DNA of 64,000 bases, taken from an uncultured Candidatus Saccharibacteria bacterium. GTDB taxonomy: Bacteria > Patescibacteriota > Dojkabacteria > J137. The notes below the pieces were generated by a model. It did not search any database. It had not been told where the DNA came from and saw only the letters and a list, made by a program, of their open reading frames with translations. Location of the stretch: NCBI GenBank assembly GCA_964620955.1, contig CAZUKH010000001.1:190810-254809 (forward strand), given 5' to 3'. Of the stretch, positions 20,444 through 29,024 are shown piece after piece; positions within the stretch are counted from its first letter, which is position 1; each line of letters starts with the position of its first letter. The translations under genes and the position numbers were made by a program.

Positions 20444-20459
20444 AATTTTTCTTAATCTG

Positions 20460-21611
20460 CTATGAATCTCTTCTCATTGGCATCACTAGGTGAACAAACT
20501 GTGGATCATCATTGTCTTTGAAAACCGATGCAGCTAATGGACCTTTGCTTTCAAAAATAATTTTGTCTCCCTCCAAGTGATTAACCACATCTTGAAGATA
20601 TCTCAAAGTATACGCTGTATTAAGATCTGTGTCAGCAGAAGCGTTTGTTACAGCAATATGAGTACTACCTTCACCTACATCCGTTACTACTGAGCTTAGT
20701 GTAATCTTTGATTGCTCTACATCAAAATCAAACAAAGTTTTATTTCCTAAATTACCTCTTGCGAATGTATTAACAATTTTTATCGCATTTTCTATTTCTT
20801 TCTTTTTTATTTCAAATGTAAAAGAATAATCATTAGGCATTATTCTTTTGTAATCTGGGTAAGGTCCTTCGAGCAAGCGCACGCTAAATTCGGTATCCTC
20901 AAATTTAAAAACTAGTTGTGAGTTAGTTTCGCTTAAATATACTTCAAGATTTTCTATATTTGGGTAGTCTGCCAATATTTTTACAAGCTCCATAAGGTAC
21001 CTGGCGGGCACAATTATTTCAGATTTATCTTTTGAAGTAGCTGCTTCTTTAACCTGAGAAATTCTTTTAGAAAGCCTAAACCCATCCAGCCCTACAAAGT
21101 TAACTTCAGATTTTTCTTGCGAAATTTCGAACAAAACTCCAGATTGTTGAATTCTACCTGAAGAAAGATCGGTAGAACAGGCAAAAAGCGTTTTATTCAT
21201 GCTTTTAATAAACTCAATACATGCAATTTTAAAAAGTAGTGTTTTTGCAGTTGGTAATACTGGGTACTCTTCTGCAGGCATTGTAGAAAATGTGCCTTTT
21301 GATGAGGCAGTAATTACATTAACACTATTTTCTTTTAATGATAGTGTAAGGCTTTCTCCATTTTCACTGCTTGCACTTACAAAGTCAGATATGTACTTTG
21401 CATTTACAGTAGTGCTTCCTGCAGTTTCTACCTTGCCAGGTATCCACATGTGAATCCCCATGTCCAGGTTTGTAGCAGATATCTCAACTGAAGACTTATC
21501 TACTTTTAGCATTACATTTGAAAGTATAGGAATATTTGGTTTTTGACTAACAGCTCTACTTGCGTATGTTAGTGCTTTAGATAATACTTTATGATTAATT
21601 TGTATTTCCAT
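20460..21611 (-). CDS. dnaN: DNA polymerase III beta sliding clamp
   Basis: 383 aa with a three-domain clamp pattern. The N-terminus (KALTYASRAVSQKPNIPILSNVMLKV) is typical of DnaN. Confidence 0.9.
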   Translation of the reverse strand: MEIQINHKVLSKALTYASRAVSQKPNIPILSNVMLKVDKSSVEISATNLDMGIHMWIPGKVETAGSTTVNAKYISDFVSASSENGESLTLSLKENSVNVITASSKGTFSTMPAEEYPVLPTAKTLLFKIACIEFIKSMNKTLFACSTDLSSGRIQQSGVLFEISQEKSEVNFVGLDGFRLSKRISQVKEAATSKDKSEIIVPARYLMELVKILADYPNIENLEVYLSETNSQLVFKFEDTEFSVRLLEGPYPDYKRIMPNDYSFTFEIKKKEIENAIKIVNTFARGNLGNKTLFDFDVEQSKITLSSVVTDVGEGSTHIAVTNASADTDLNTAYTLRYLQDVVNHLEGDKIIFESKGPLAASVFKDNDDPQFVHLVMPMRRDS

Positions 21612-22022
21612 ATCTATATATTTATTTAAATAGAAGTTAATAGTATTTAGGCAATGTATTTATGTGAGTAAATATTTGCTTTTCTTGATTATACCAGCTA
21701 AACAGTTATTGTACAGTTGTGGAAAACAGGGTGGAGTAAATATCTTTTGTTTTTGGTTATAGCCATATACACTATTGTATTTTTACAAAAACAGAGTGGA
21801 AAGTTTTTTGCTAAGTTTTGAATAACTTAATTAAGGTAAGTTTTTTAGAAAAACTTCCTATTATAGAACTTTCAACAATAAAAAATTTGTACGTTATTCC
21901 TAAGTAAAAGTATGTATCTAATCCTTTTTTTACTTACCCACATGTACACATAAGAGGTAATTAAATTTGACTAATATAAATAAGTTAGCTATATTTTTAC
22001 TATAAATATTATTTACAAAAGT

Positions 22023-22295
22023 ATGGCAATTGATGTTGAAAGTTTTTCTCCAAACGATCCTTCCAGTGTGAGTTCGCATGCATATAATCCACTTGAAACC
22101 GTTCCAGTATCACCTTATTCATATGAAGGCACTCCTGATAACCTAACAGACGTTGATGATGTTCTGAGAGGTGTTACTTCTTTGCAAGCAATAATAATGA
22201 TGAGAATAATGATTACTACAGGTACTTTTAACTCCACAGAACCGTATTGTCAAAGAATTCTAGAAATTGCACAGGGAGCAGTTTTAGAACAATAA
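22023..22295 (+). CDS. small acidic hypothetical protein (Lys-free)
   Basis: 90-aa ORF in the dnaA-dnaN spacer, on the opposite strand to its neighbours, locally higher GC, with no Lys in an otherwise Lys-rich proteome. Ends in LEQ. Confidence 0.25.
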   Translation: MAIDVESFSPNDPSSVSSHAYNPLETVPVSPYSYEGTPDNLTDVDDVLRGVTSLQAIIMMRIMITTGTFNSTEPYCQRILEIAQGAVLEQ

Positions 22296-22375
22296 GAATC
22301 CCTTGCCTGCCGCCAGTCTAAAGTCAAGGAGATTAAGATCAGTTTTTAATAAATTTTAATTATTATTTTCTCATT

Positions 22376-22588
22376 ATGGACAACAGTACAGCATTAAATT
22401 CTTACCAAAATCCTTTAGTATATTGTGTCAAGCCAATAGAACCAGGTACGGACTACTCCAATCAAGAAGCTGCTTTGAAACATTTCATTCGAACCCCAGA
22501 AGGCATTAAGTTCATGCAACTTTACCCTGAATTTTTAGATAGCTTCAGACTTTTTAATATAGAACTCCCAGCCAGGTTAGAGCAGTAA
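22376..22588 (+). CDS. small hypothetical protein
   Basis: 70-aa ORF immediately downstream of the previous one. Also ends in LEQ. Confidence 0.25.
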   Translation: MDNSTALNSYQNPLVYCVKPIEPGTDYSNQEAALKHFIRTPEGIKFMQLYPEFLDSFRLFNIELPARLEQ

Positions 22589-22617
22589 TTCCTGCTACCA
22601 TGTATAACTTTACTTTG

Positions 22618-24021
22618 TTACTCAATATCTTCTGTAACAAGTGCGCTTTCATTAATTGCATTAATGATGCCTGTAATTTGAAGGTTAAACTCATCTTGCA
22701 GCATCATTTTGCTTTTAATTTTATCAATAGCATGCAGTACTGTTGTATGATCTTTTCTATTTAAAAAATTAGCAACCTCTTCCAGCTTATAGTTAAACTC
22801 TTCACGTAAAATATACATAGCAACTTGTCTTGCAAGTGCAAGCTCTTTCGTTCTTCTTGGACCCTTAATGTCTTTAACAGGAACATTAAAAGATTTAGCT
22901 ACCTCTCTTATTACTTTAGGAATTTTAATTTGTTCTCTTTTAGTTGCAGAGTCTTTACCAATCATGTGAGCAACTTCTTCTAAAGTTAGGTCTCCATTCG
23001 GTTTCATTTGGTTAAACAAAGAAACTTTTTGTAATGCACCTTCAATTTCTCTAACATTGTCACTTACTGCCCTGGCAATAAATTCTAGGATTTTTGGCTG
23101 TAAATCTACTGCCATTTCATCTGCTTTTTTTTGAACGATAGCAAGCCTCATTTCATAATCAGGCTGCGATATATCTACAACCATTCCTCCCAACATTCTG
23201 CTTTTTAGTCTTTTTTCAATACTTTTTATATCTTCAGGCCTTCTATCGGCAATTATAATTATTTGTTTTCCTGCGTTGTAAAGCTCGTTGAATGTATTAA
23301 AAAATTCATCTTGCGTTTGTACCCATTTAGAAATTAGCTGCATATCGTCAATTATTAAAATATCTACAGCTCTGTACTTTTTTCTAAATAAATCCATTTT
23401 GCTGGATTTTATACCGCGGACCATTTCGTTGAGGAAATTTTCGGAAGTGGTGTAAACAATTTTTTTAGTGAGATTTCTTTCTAAAACACCTCTTCCAATT
23501 GCCTGTGCCAAGTGAGTTTTGCCAACGCCAGTTTTACCATGGATAAACAAGGGGTTATATACTGTACCTGGTTTTTCGATAACTGCCAGAGCAGCCGCAT
23601 GGGCCAGCCTATTTGCGTTACCCACAATAAAGTTGCCTAAAGAGTATTTAGTGTTTAGTCCCGATTCTTCAATAGATTGAATTAAAGACCCCATTATTCC
23701 ATTTTCCATGTCAAAAAGTGGGTCTTTGTTAGAGTTTAAAGAAGAATCATTTGAGTGTGTTTCAACGTTACTCACTTTAAACTCGGGGGTAAGATTTTGG
23801 CCGTAAACATAAGAAATTGTTTCTTTAATTAATTTCTCATGTCTCATTTTTAGCCAGTCTGCTGTGTATGGGTTTGGAACAGCTATGACTGCCTTTTTGC
23901 CATCAAGCTGAATAAGTCTGGTATCTGCAAAAAATGTTTGAAACTGTGCAGGTGCGTCAAGTTTTACTTCAATTTGAGCTAGTGCTGTTTTCCAAAGTTT
24001 TTCCGGCTCTTTAATATTCAT
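22618..24021 (-). CDS. dnaA: chromosomal replication initiator DnaA
   Basis: AAA+ Walker A GKTGVGKTHL, sensor motifs and a C-terminal DNA-binding domain (HTTVLHAIDKI). Confidence 0.95.
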   Translation of the reverse strand: MNIKEPEKLWKTALAQIEVKLDAPAQFQTFFADTRLIQLDGKKAVIAVPNPYTADWLKMRHEKLIKETISYVYGQNLTPEFKVSNVETHSNDSSLNSNKDPLFDMENGIMGSLIQSIEESGLNTKYSLGNFIVGNANRLAHAAALAVIEKPGTVYNPLFIHGKTGVGKTHLAQAIGRGVLERNLTKKIVYTTSENFLNEMVRGIKSSKMDLFRKKYRAVDILIIDDMQLISKWVQTQDEFFNTFNELYNAGKQIIIIADRRPEDIKSIEKRLKSRMLGGMVVDISQPDYEMRLAIVQKKADEMAVDLQPKILEFIARAVSDNVREIEGALQKVSLFNQMKPNGDLTLEEVAHMIGKDSATKREQIKIPKVIREVAKSFNVPVKDIKGPRRTKELALARQVAMYILREEFNYKLEEVANFLNRKDHTTVLHAIDKIKSKMMLQDEFNLQITGIINAINESALVTEDIE

Positions 24022-24414
24022 TTTTAAAAAGTAATAAAATAAAGTATTAAGCTACATGCTTTTATGTCACTTTGTAAACTGCGATTTCGTAAGCCGAGTA
24101 GAGGAGCTCATTAAGACCTCATGCAAATAAAATCCGGCTAAACGGGAAATCAAGTTTTTTTGTATTTAACAATATATATCCACGTGGATAAATTTGTAAA
24201 GAGAAATTTTTTGTAAAAAACTTTTTTAAAGGCTAATCTCCATCTCCTTAGGTAAAGTTAAGGTTTTTACAATCATTTGCTAATAAATTAGATCGGCCAC
24301 ATAGCTTTTATTAGCAATAATAGAATGAATACTTTTTGATAAAATGATTGAAGTGCCAAAATCTGTTAAAATTGTGCATATATTTAACACACAACTTTTT
24401 ACGATTAATTTTCA
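24022..24414. promoter_or_regulatory. candidate oriC / dnaA promoter region with palindromic DnaA-box pair
   Basis: AT-rich divergent intergenic region between dnaA(-) and yidD(+). The perfect palindrome TATCCACGTGGATA (24177..24190) holds two inverted near-consensus DnaA boxes (TTATCCACG, read on the opposite strand). Confidence 0.4.
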
Positions 24415-24699
24415 TTGAATAATTTAATATTGATTCCTAAAAATATAGCTAAGTTATTAATTCGCTTTTATCAAAAATTTTTATCTATTGATCAATCATT
24501 TTGGGGTAAAAGAACAGGTATAAAGGTATGTATACACGAGCCATATTGTTCCGAATATACTTACCAAGCTATAGATAAATATGGATTAATTAAAGGTAGT
24601 TGGATGGGGTTTTTAAGAATCCTCAGGTGTAACCCCTTAAGCAAAGGAGGGTATGACCCCGTACCCGATTTCCCACTTCGTTCTTCCCCTAAACCTTAA
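24415..24699 (+). CDS. yidD: membrane protein insertion efficiency factor YidD
   Basis: LIRFYQKF...C..EPYCSEY...G..KG...LRILRCNP...GGYDPVP, the YidD signature. Confidence 0.8.
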   Translation: MNNLILIPKNIAKLLIRFYQKFLSIDQSFWGKRTGIKVCIHEPYCSEYTYQAIDKYGLIKGSWMGFLRILRCNPLSKGGYDPVPDFPLRSSPKP

Positions 24700-24799
24700 C
24701 CTGTATTCTAAGAATCAAGCTTAAGAATTAAGAACATATAGCATTAAGAGTTAAAAAATTTGATAAACTGTTTTTAGTAACTATTTTTTACATATTCGT

Positions 24800-26638
24800 A
24801 TGAAAATCACGAGATTAAGGCCAGTTGTGGTTGTTGGTTTAGTTATTTTATTAATTTTAGGTTCCACAATAGGACTGGTAGCTTTAACTTCTCCGACAAT
24901 TACAGATAATGGTGATGGAACAAGTACTTTTTCAAGCTGTTTTGATTTAACTAATTATATTTCTGAAAATAGAAGTTATTATGGAGGATATCCAGCCCCT
25001 TTGTCAGATTCGATTACCTCAAATAGTAAAGAGATTGCCGAGTCATCAGGTGCTGGTTCTTCTGACTATTCAACTACTAATATTCAAGTCGAAGGTGTTG
25101 ATGAATCTGATATTGTTAAAAATGATGGCAATTCACTCTTTGTGTTTGCTTCTGAAAATAAATACATTGATGTTTTTGATTTAACAGATCCCTCAAATCC
25201 AAAGAAAGCCTCAGAAATTGAGCTAGAGTTTTATGGTCAGTCTATGTATCTTGTTAATGAAACTTTGGTAGTAATAAGCAGTGAGTACTCTTATCAACCC
25301 TTAAAGGTTTCGGCTAATTTCTGGAATCAATACTCAATTGCTCAAATATTCGACGTTTCAAATTTAGAAAGCCCCCAATTGGAAAGTACATATTACTTAG
25401 ATGGATATTATGTTAACTCGAGATTAACTGATAACACTTTGTATTTAATTTCATCAGCTAATGTAGGTGAAATAGACTTATTGAGCGGAGTAGAAGGAAA
25501 CATCCCTAGAATTTCTATAGCGGATGGATTAAGTGAAAATCTTCAAACTAAAAGAGCTTCGGAATGTTCCGAAGTCACCCCTATGGGAGATTCAGCTTAT
25601 AGTTTTCTTACAGTTGCAGCAATTCCACTTGATGGTTCTGAGTTTAGTTCTAGAGTGATTTTAGGAGATTCTTCAAACATGTATGTTTCAAGGAATAACA
25701 TTTACCTTACTACTCAAGTGCTTCCTTATGAAAATGCAGCCAATCCTGATATTCCAATACCTGTTCCTTCCTATGACTGGGAGCCAAAAACAGAAATATT
25801 TAAGATTTCAATGGATGGTACAAAAATTTACTTTAAAGCAAAAGGTCAGGTTGATGGTACAGTTTTAAATCAGTTTTCAATGGATGAATACTACGGGTAC
25901 TTTAGAATAGCAACAACTAAAGGTACTACAACAAGAGACTTTTCGAGCTCTTTATATGTCTTTGACGAGCAAATGAATTTAACAGGGCAAGTTAATGGAC
26001 TTGGTAAAACTGAGCAAATTTATTCAGTAAGATTTATGGGTGAAAAAGCCTATGTTGTTACTTTTAAACAAACTGACCCACTTTATGTTTTAGATCTTGT
26101 TGATCCTTCAAACCCTAAAGTCGCAGGGGAACTTAAAATACCAGGTTTTTCAAGATACCTTCATCCATTTGATTCTAATCACTTGATTGGAGTGGGCAAT
26201 GATGCCGACGAAAACACAGGAACGACTTCTGGGGTTAAAGTTACTCTTTTTGATGTAACTGATATTGCTGATCCAAAAGTTAAAAGCGAACTTATATTTG
26301 GTGGAAGATTATCGGATACTCCTGTTTCATGGGATCACAAGGCGTTTCTTTTTGACAAGCAAAAAGAGCTACTTGTATTACCAGTAAATATTTATAATGA
26401 AAGTGAAGCATACTATTATCAACCTGATTTTGAAGGTTTTATAGTAATGAGTGCAAACCTTGCAGAGGGGTTAGTCGAAAAGAAACGCATAGATTTCAGT
26501 GAAGATACTTCTTACTACTCCAATACGCCAAGGTCGTTATACATAGGAGATTATTTATACTTGATATTTAATAATGAAATAAAAGTAGTTGATTTGAAAA
26601 ACTACTCAGTGGTTAAAGAGATTTCTGCTTTTGTTTAG
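24800..26638 (+). CDS. secreted beta-propeller domain protein
   Basis: Signal anchor, then a long beta-rich region with the YSVRFMGEKAYVVTF...DPLYVLDL motif typical of the secreted 'beta propeller' family found in archaea and CPR. Confidence 0.5.
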   Translation: MKITRLRPVVVVGLVILLILGSTIGLVALTSPTITDNGDGTSTFSSCFDLTNYISENRSYYGGYPAPLSDSITSNSKEIAESSGAGSSDYSTTNIQVEGVDESDIVKNDGNSLFVFASENKYIDVFDLTDPSNPKKASEIELEFYGQSMYLVNETLVVISSEYSYQPLKVSANFWNQYSIAQIFDVSNLESPQLESTYYLDGYYVNSRLTDNTLYLISSANVGEIDLLSGVEGNIPRISIADGLSENLQTKRASECSEVTPMGDSAYSFLTVAAIPLDGSEFSSRVILGDSSNMYVSRNNIYLTTQVLPYENAANPDIPIPVPSYDWEPKTEIFKISMDGTKIYFKAKGQVDGTVLNQFSMDEYYGYFRIATTKGTTTRDFSSSLYVFDEQMNLTGQVNGLGKTEQIYSVRFMGEKAYVVTFKQTDPLYVLDLVDPSNPKVAGELKIPGFSRYLHPFDSNHLIGVGNDADENTGTTSGVKVTLFDVTDIADPKVKSELIFGGRLSDTPVSWDHKAFLFDKQKELLVLPVNIYNESEAYYYQPDFEGFIVMSANLAEGLVEKKRIDFSEDTSYYSNTPRSLYIGDYLYLIFNNEIKVVDLKNYSVVKEISAFV

Positions 26639-27392
26639 AAAAAAGAGGTTCGAAATGATGAGGTAAGTCATCTTTATCTACACAAATAAATTGCAGGTTT
26701 TTTTCGTGAGCAAAACTCTTAAACTCACTATACATTGTAAGGTCTTTAAGGCGTTCCATAATTATTTTGCTTTCAATTGCGTTGTTAGATTTAATTAGAG
26801 CAAACTTCCATTCAAAAACTTTATCTAGTGTTGCAAACCGCACGGTTTCTTTTTTTTGGGTTTTATAGGCTTCATTAAAGTGTAGTGTATAAGTAAGATC
26901 TTCAATAGTTTTTTTAAAGGTTAAATCGTTTTCTATTTCAAAATCAACATTCCATTTCCTGCCTTGATTTGCTCTATAAATATTATTGGTAGCAATAAGA
27001 AAGCCTTTGCATTTGTTGTTTTCTAGCATTTCAAAAACTGAATCAACTACAAAAGCTTCTATTAAAGTATGAGAGTTAAAAAAAACTTTTGATTTTTTAA
27101 CTACATCGGTATTGTCAAAGTCATAAATTTTTTTAGCAGATTTTCCATTTATCGATTCGTTTTCAATTGAAAAAGGAGAAATTTTGTTTTTAGAACTTAA
27201 CTTAATATTTAGTTTTAAATAAAAAGCAAATTCTTTACTTAAAAAGATAGCAGACCCTGGTGGTGTGTCATTGAGAATATATGCAGAAGAGTGATGAATT
27301 GAATGATTAAAATCATACTTAATAAACTGAATCATTTTGTAAATTGAGTTAAGGGTTTCCTCAGGTATTTTTGAATCACTAAAAATGACCAA
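26613..27392 (-). CDS. hypothetical protein
   Basis: 259-aa ORF (apparent TTG start). No recognisable motif. Confidence 0.35.
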   Translation of the reverse strand: MVIFSDSKIPEETLNSIYKMIQFIKYDFNHSIHHSSAYILNDTPPGSAIFLSKEFAFYLKLNIKLSSKNKISPFSIENESINGKSAKKIYDFDNTDVVKKSKVFFNSHTLIEAFVVDSVFEMLENNKCKGFLIATNNIYRANQGRKWNVDFEIENDLTFKKTIEDLTYTLHFNEAYKTQKKETVRFATLDKVFEWKFALIKSNNAIESKIIMERLKDLTMYSEFKSFAHEKNLQFICVDKDDLPHHFEPLFSKQKQKSL

Positions 27393-27520
27393 AGGAGTAG
27401 TACCAAAATCAAAAGTATGTTTTTGCTTTTTTTGAAGTTAACCTTGACACTTCATTGTACTCTAAATTTACAACAATGATTAGGCTTTACAAAGCTCATG
27501 CAACTGATTAGACTAAAGAT

Positions 27521-28111
27521 ATGAGTAATAAGAACGTAACGGCAAGAACATTCAATCTTATTAAACCAGTAGAGCCACCTAAAAGTTACTGGGATAAAGT
27601 TTATGAGTGGGTAGTCTCAAGAGCAAAAGTTATTTTTATTGTTTGCGAAGTATTAATAGTTACAGCATTTGCTTTAAAAGTGGTTGTTGATAATTCGGCA
27701 AATTCACGAAAAGAAGTTTTTCAGGAGCTGAAAAACCAATCAGCATTTTATGAAGCTCAATATGAACAGGAAATAAGGAGGACACAAAGCAAAAGTTTTG
27801 AGTATTTAAAATTATGGAATGGCTCTTCTCAAATGGCAGAAATATTACAAGAGGTTTATGGTTACTTGCCAGCAAGTTCCAACGAAATTACAGTAAAGAT
27901 TGATAAAGATAGGTTACAAATTTATGGTACAGACGATCTTGAAGCGCTTAGGATTCTTGAGCAATCTTTAAAAAACTCAAGTACCTTTACTACAGCAGCA
28001 GTAGATACTTTAAGCCTTGAACAACAAGATTCACTTGAGGGCAGAGGCAGATACGTTTTAACGGCAATTATTTCAGAAAATAATTTAACAAGAAGTGATT
28101 TAGAATTATGA
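27521..28111 (+). CDS. PilN-like bitopic membrane protein (tentative)
   Basis: Short cytoplasmic N-terminus, a single TM, a coiled-coil, then a periplasmic domain. Translationally coupled to the next gene. Confidence 0.3.
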   Translation: MSNKNVTARTFNLIKPVEPPKSYWDKVYEWVVSRAKVIFIVCEVLIVTAFALKVVVDNSANSRKEVFQELKNQSAFYEAQYEQEIRRTQSKSFEYLKLWNGSSQMAEILQEVYGYLPASSNEITVKIDKDRLQIYGTDDLEALRILEQSLKNSSTFTTAAVDTLSLEQQDSLEGRGRYVLTAIISENNLTRSDLEL

Positions 28112-28779
28112 GTGACGAACAACGAATTAAAATTGGCACAGTAAAAAAATCAAGAAGCTTAAGGCTTAACGAATATTTGGATAATGCCAGAAACAAAAGT
28201 ATTTTTGTAATCGCTGTATCGATCCTTTTTACGATATTTTTTTTGGTTGTAGGTGTTATTCCAGCATTTCAATCGGTTTTTGACCAATCTGCTGAGAATC
28301 AAAAAATAGAAGAAGCAATAACAAAAATGCAAAAGAGAGTAGATGATATTAAAGTCCTTATAGATCAAATTAATTCAGATGCAAATGTGCTAGATTATTT
28401 TAATAAAGTCTTTCCTGGTCAAAGTGATCAAGAAGAAATTATGAAAGAGATGTTTGAACTTGCAGAGGAGAAAGGAGTTTTTATTAATAGTGTTACTTTT
28501 TCGGAGAACGAGAGAGCGGAGCCTTTAGTTATACAGTTTGGTACAGTACCACAAGTAATCTCTAAGCAAATTACGGTCAGCTTTGAGTCAAACAGGGTAA
28601 AGGCATTGGATTTTTTAAAATCTATAGAAAACAGTAGAAAAATTTTTAATGTAACAGATGTGACTTTAAGCCGAAAACTAGGAGAGTTACTTGAGAAAGC
28701 CGGCCCAGATAAAGAGTACGATTCAACTCTTGTAATTGAATATTTTTATTGGAGCGATGTAATTGAAGTAGTTGAATAA
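28108..28779 (+). CDS. PilO-like bitopic membrane protein (tentative)
   Basis: Same architecture as the upstream gene; 4-nt overlap with it. Confidence 0.3.
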   Translation: MSDEQRIKIGTVKKSRSLRLNEYLDNARNKSIFVIAVSILFTIFFLVVGVIPAFQSVFDQSAENQKIEEAITKMQKRVDDIKVLIDQINSDANVLDYFNKVFPGQSDQEEIMKEMFELAEEKGVFINSVTFSENERAEPLVIQFGTVPQVISKQITVSFESNRVKALDFLKSIENSRKIFNVTDVTLSRKLGELLEKAGPDKEYDSTLVIEYFYWSDVIEVVE

Positions 28780-28817
28780 AGTTTTGAGTAATGTAAAAAA
28801 ACTTTTAAAAATTTTAT

Positions 28818-29015
28818 ATGAATAATTTAAATAAAGCCTGGTCAATACTTATAATTGCTGGTGTAGTTTTTTTAATAGGTTTTGTGTTGTATTCACTGTG
28901 GCAGAGTTCTGTAAAAACGGGTTTTAACGAGGTAATAAATAATTTTGATACAAATCAACTTATAAACCAGCTTGTCGAAAATCATTTAAGAAGTGACCCA
29001 AATTTTTTAGAGTAG
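28818..29015 (+). CDS. small single-TM protein
   Basis: 65 aa with one hydrophobic helix. Confidence 0.25.
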   Translation: MNNLNKAWSILIIAGVVFLIGFVLYSLWQSSVKTGFNEVINNFDTNQLINQLVENHLRSDPNFLE

Positions 29016-29024
29016 TATTTAAAT

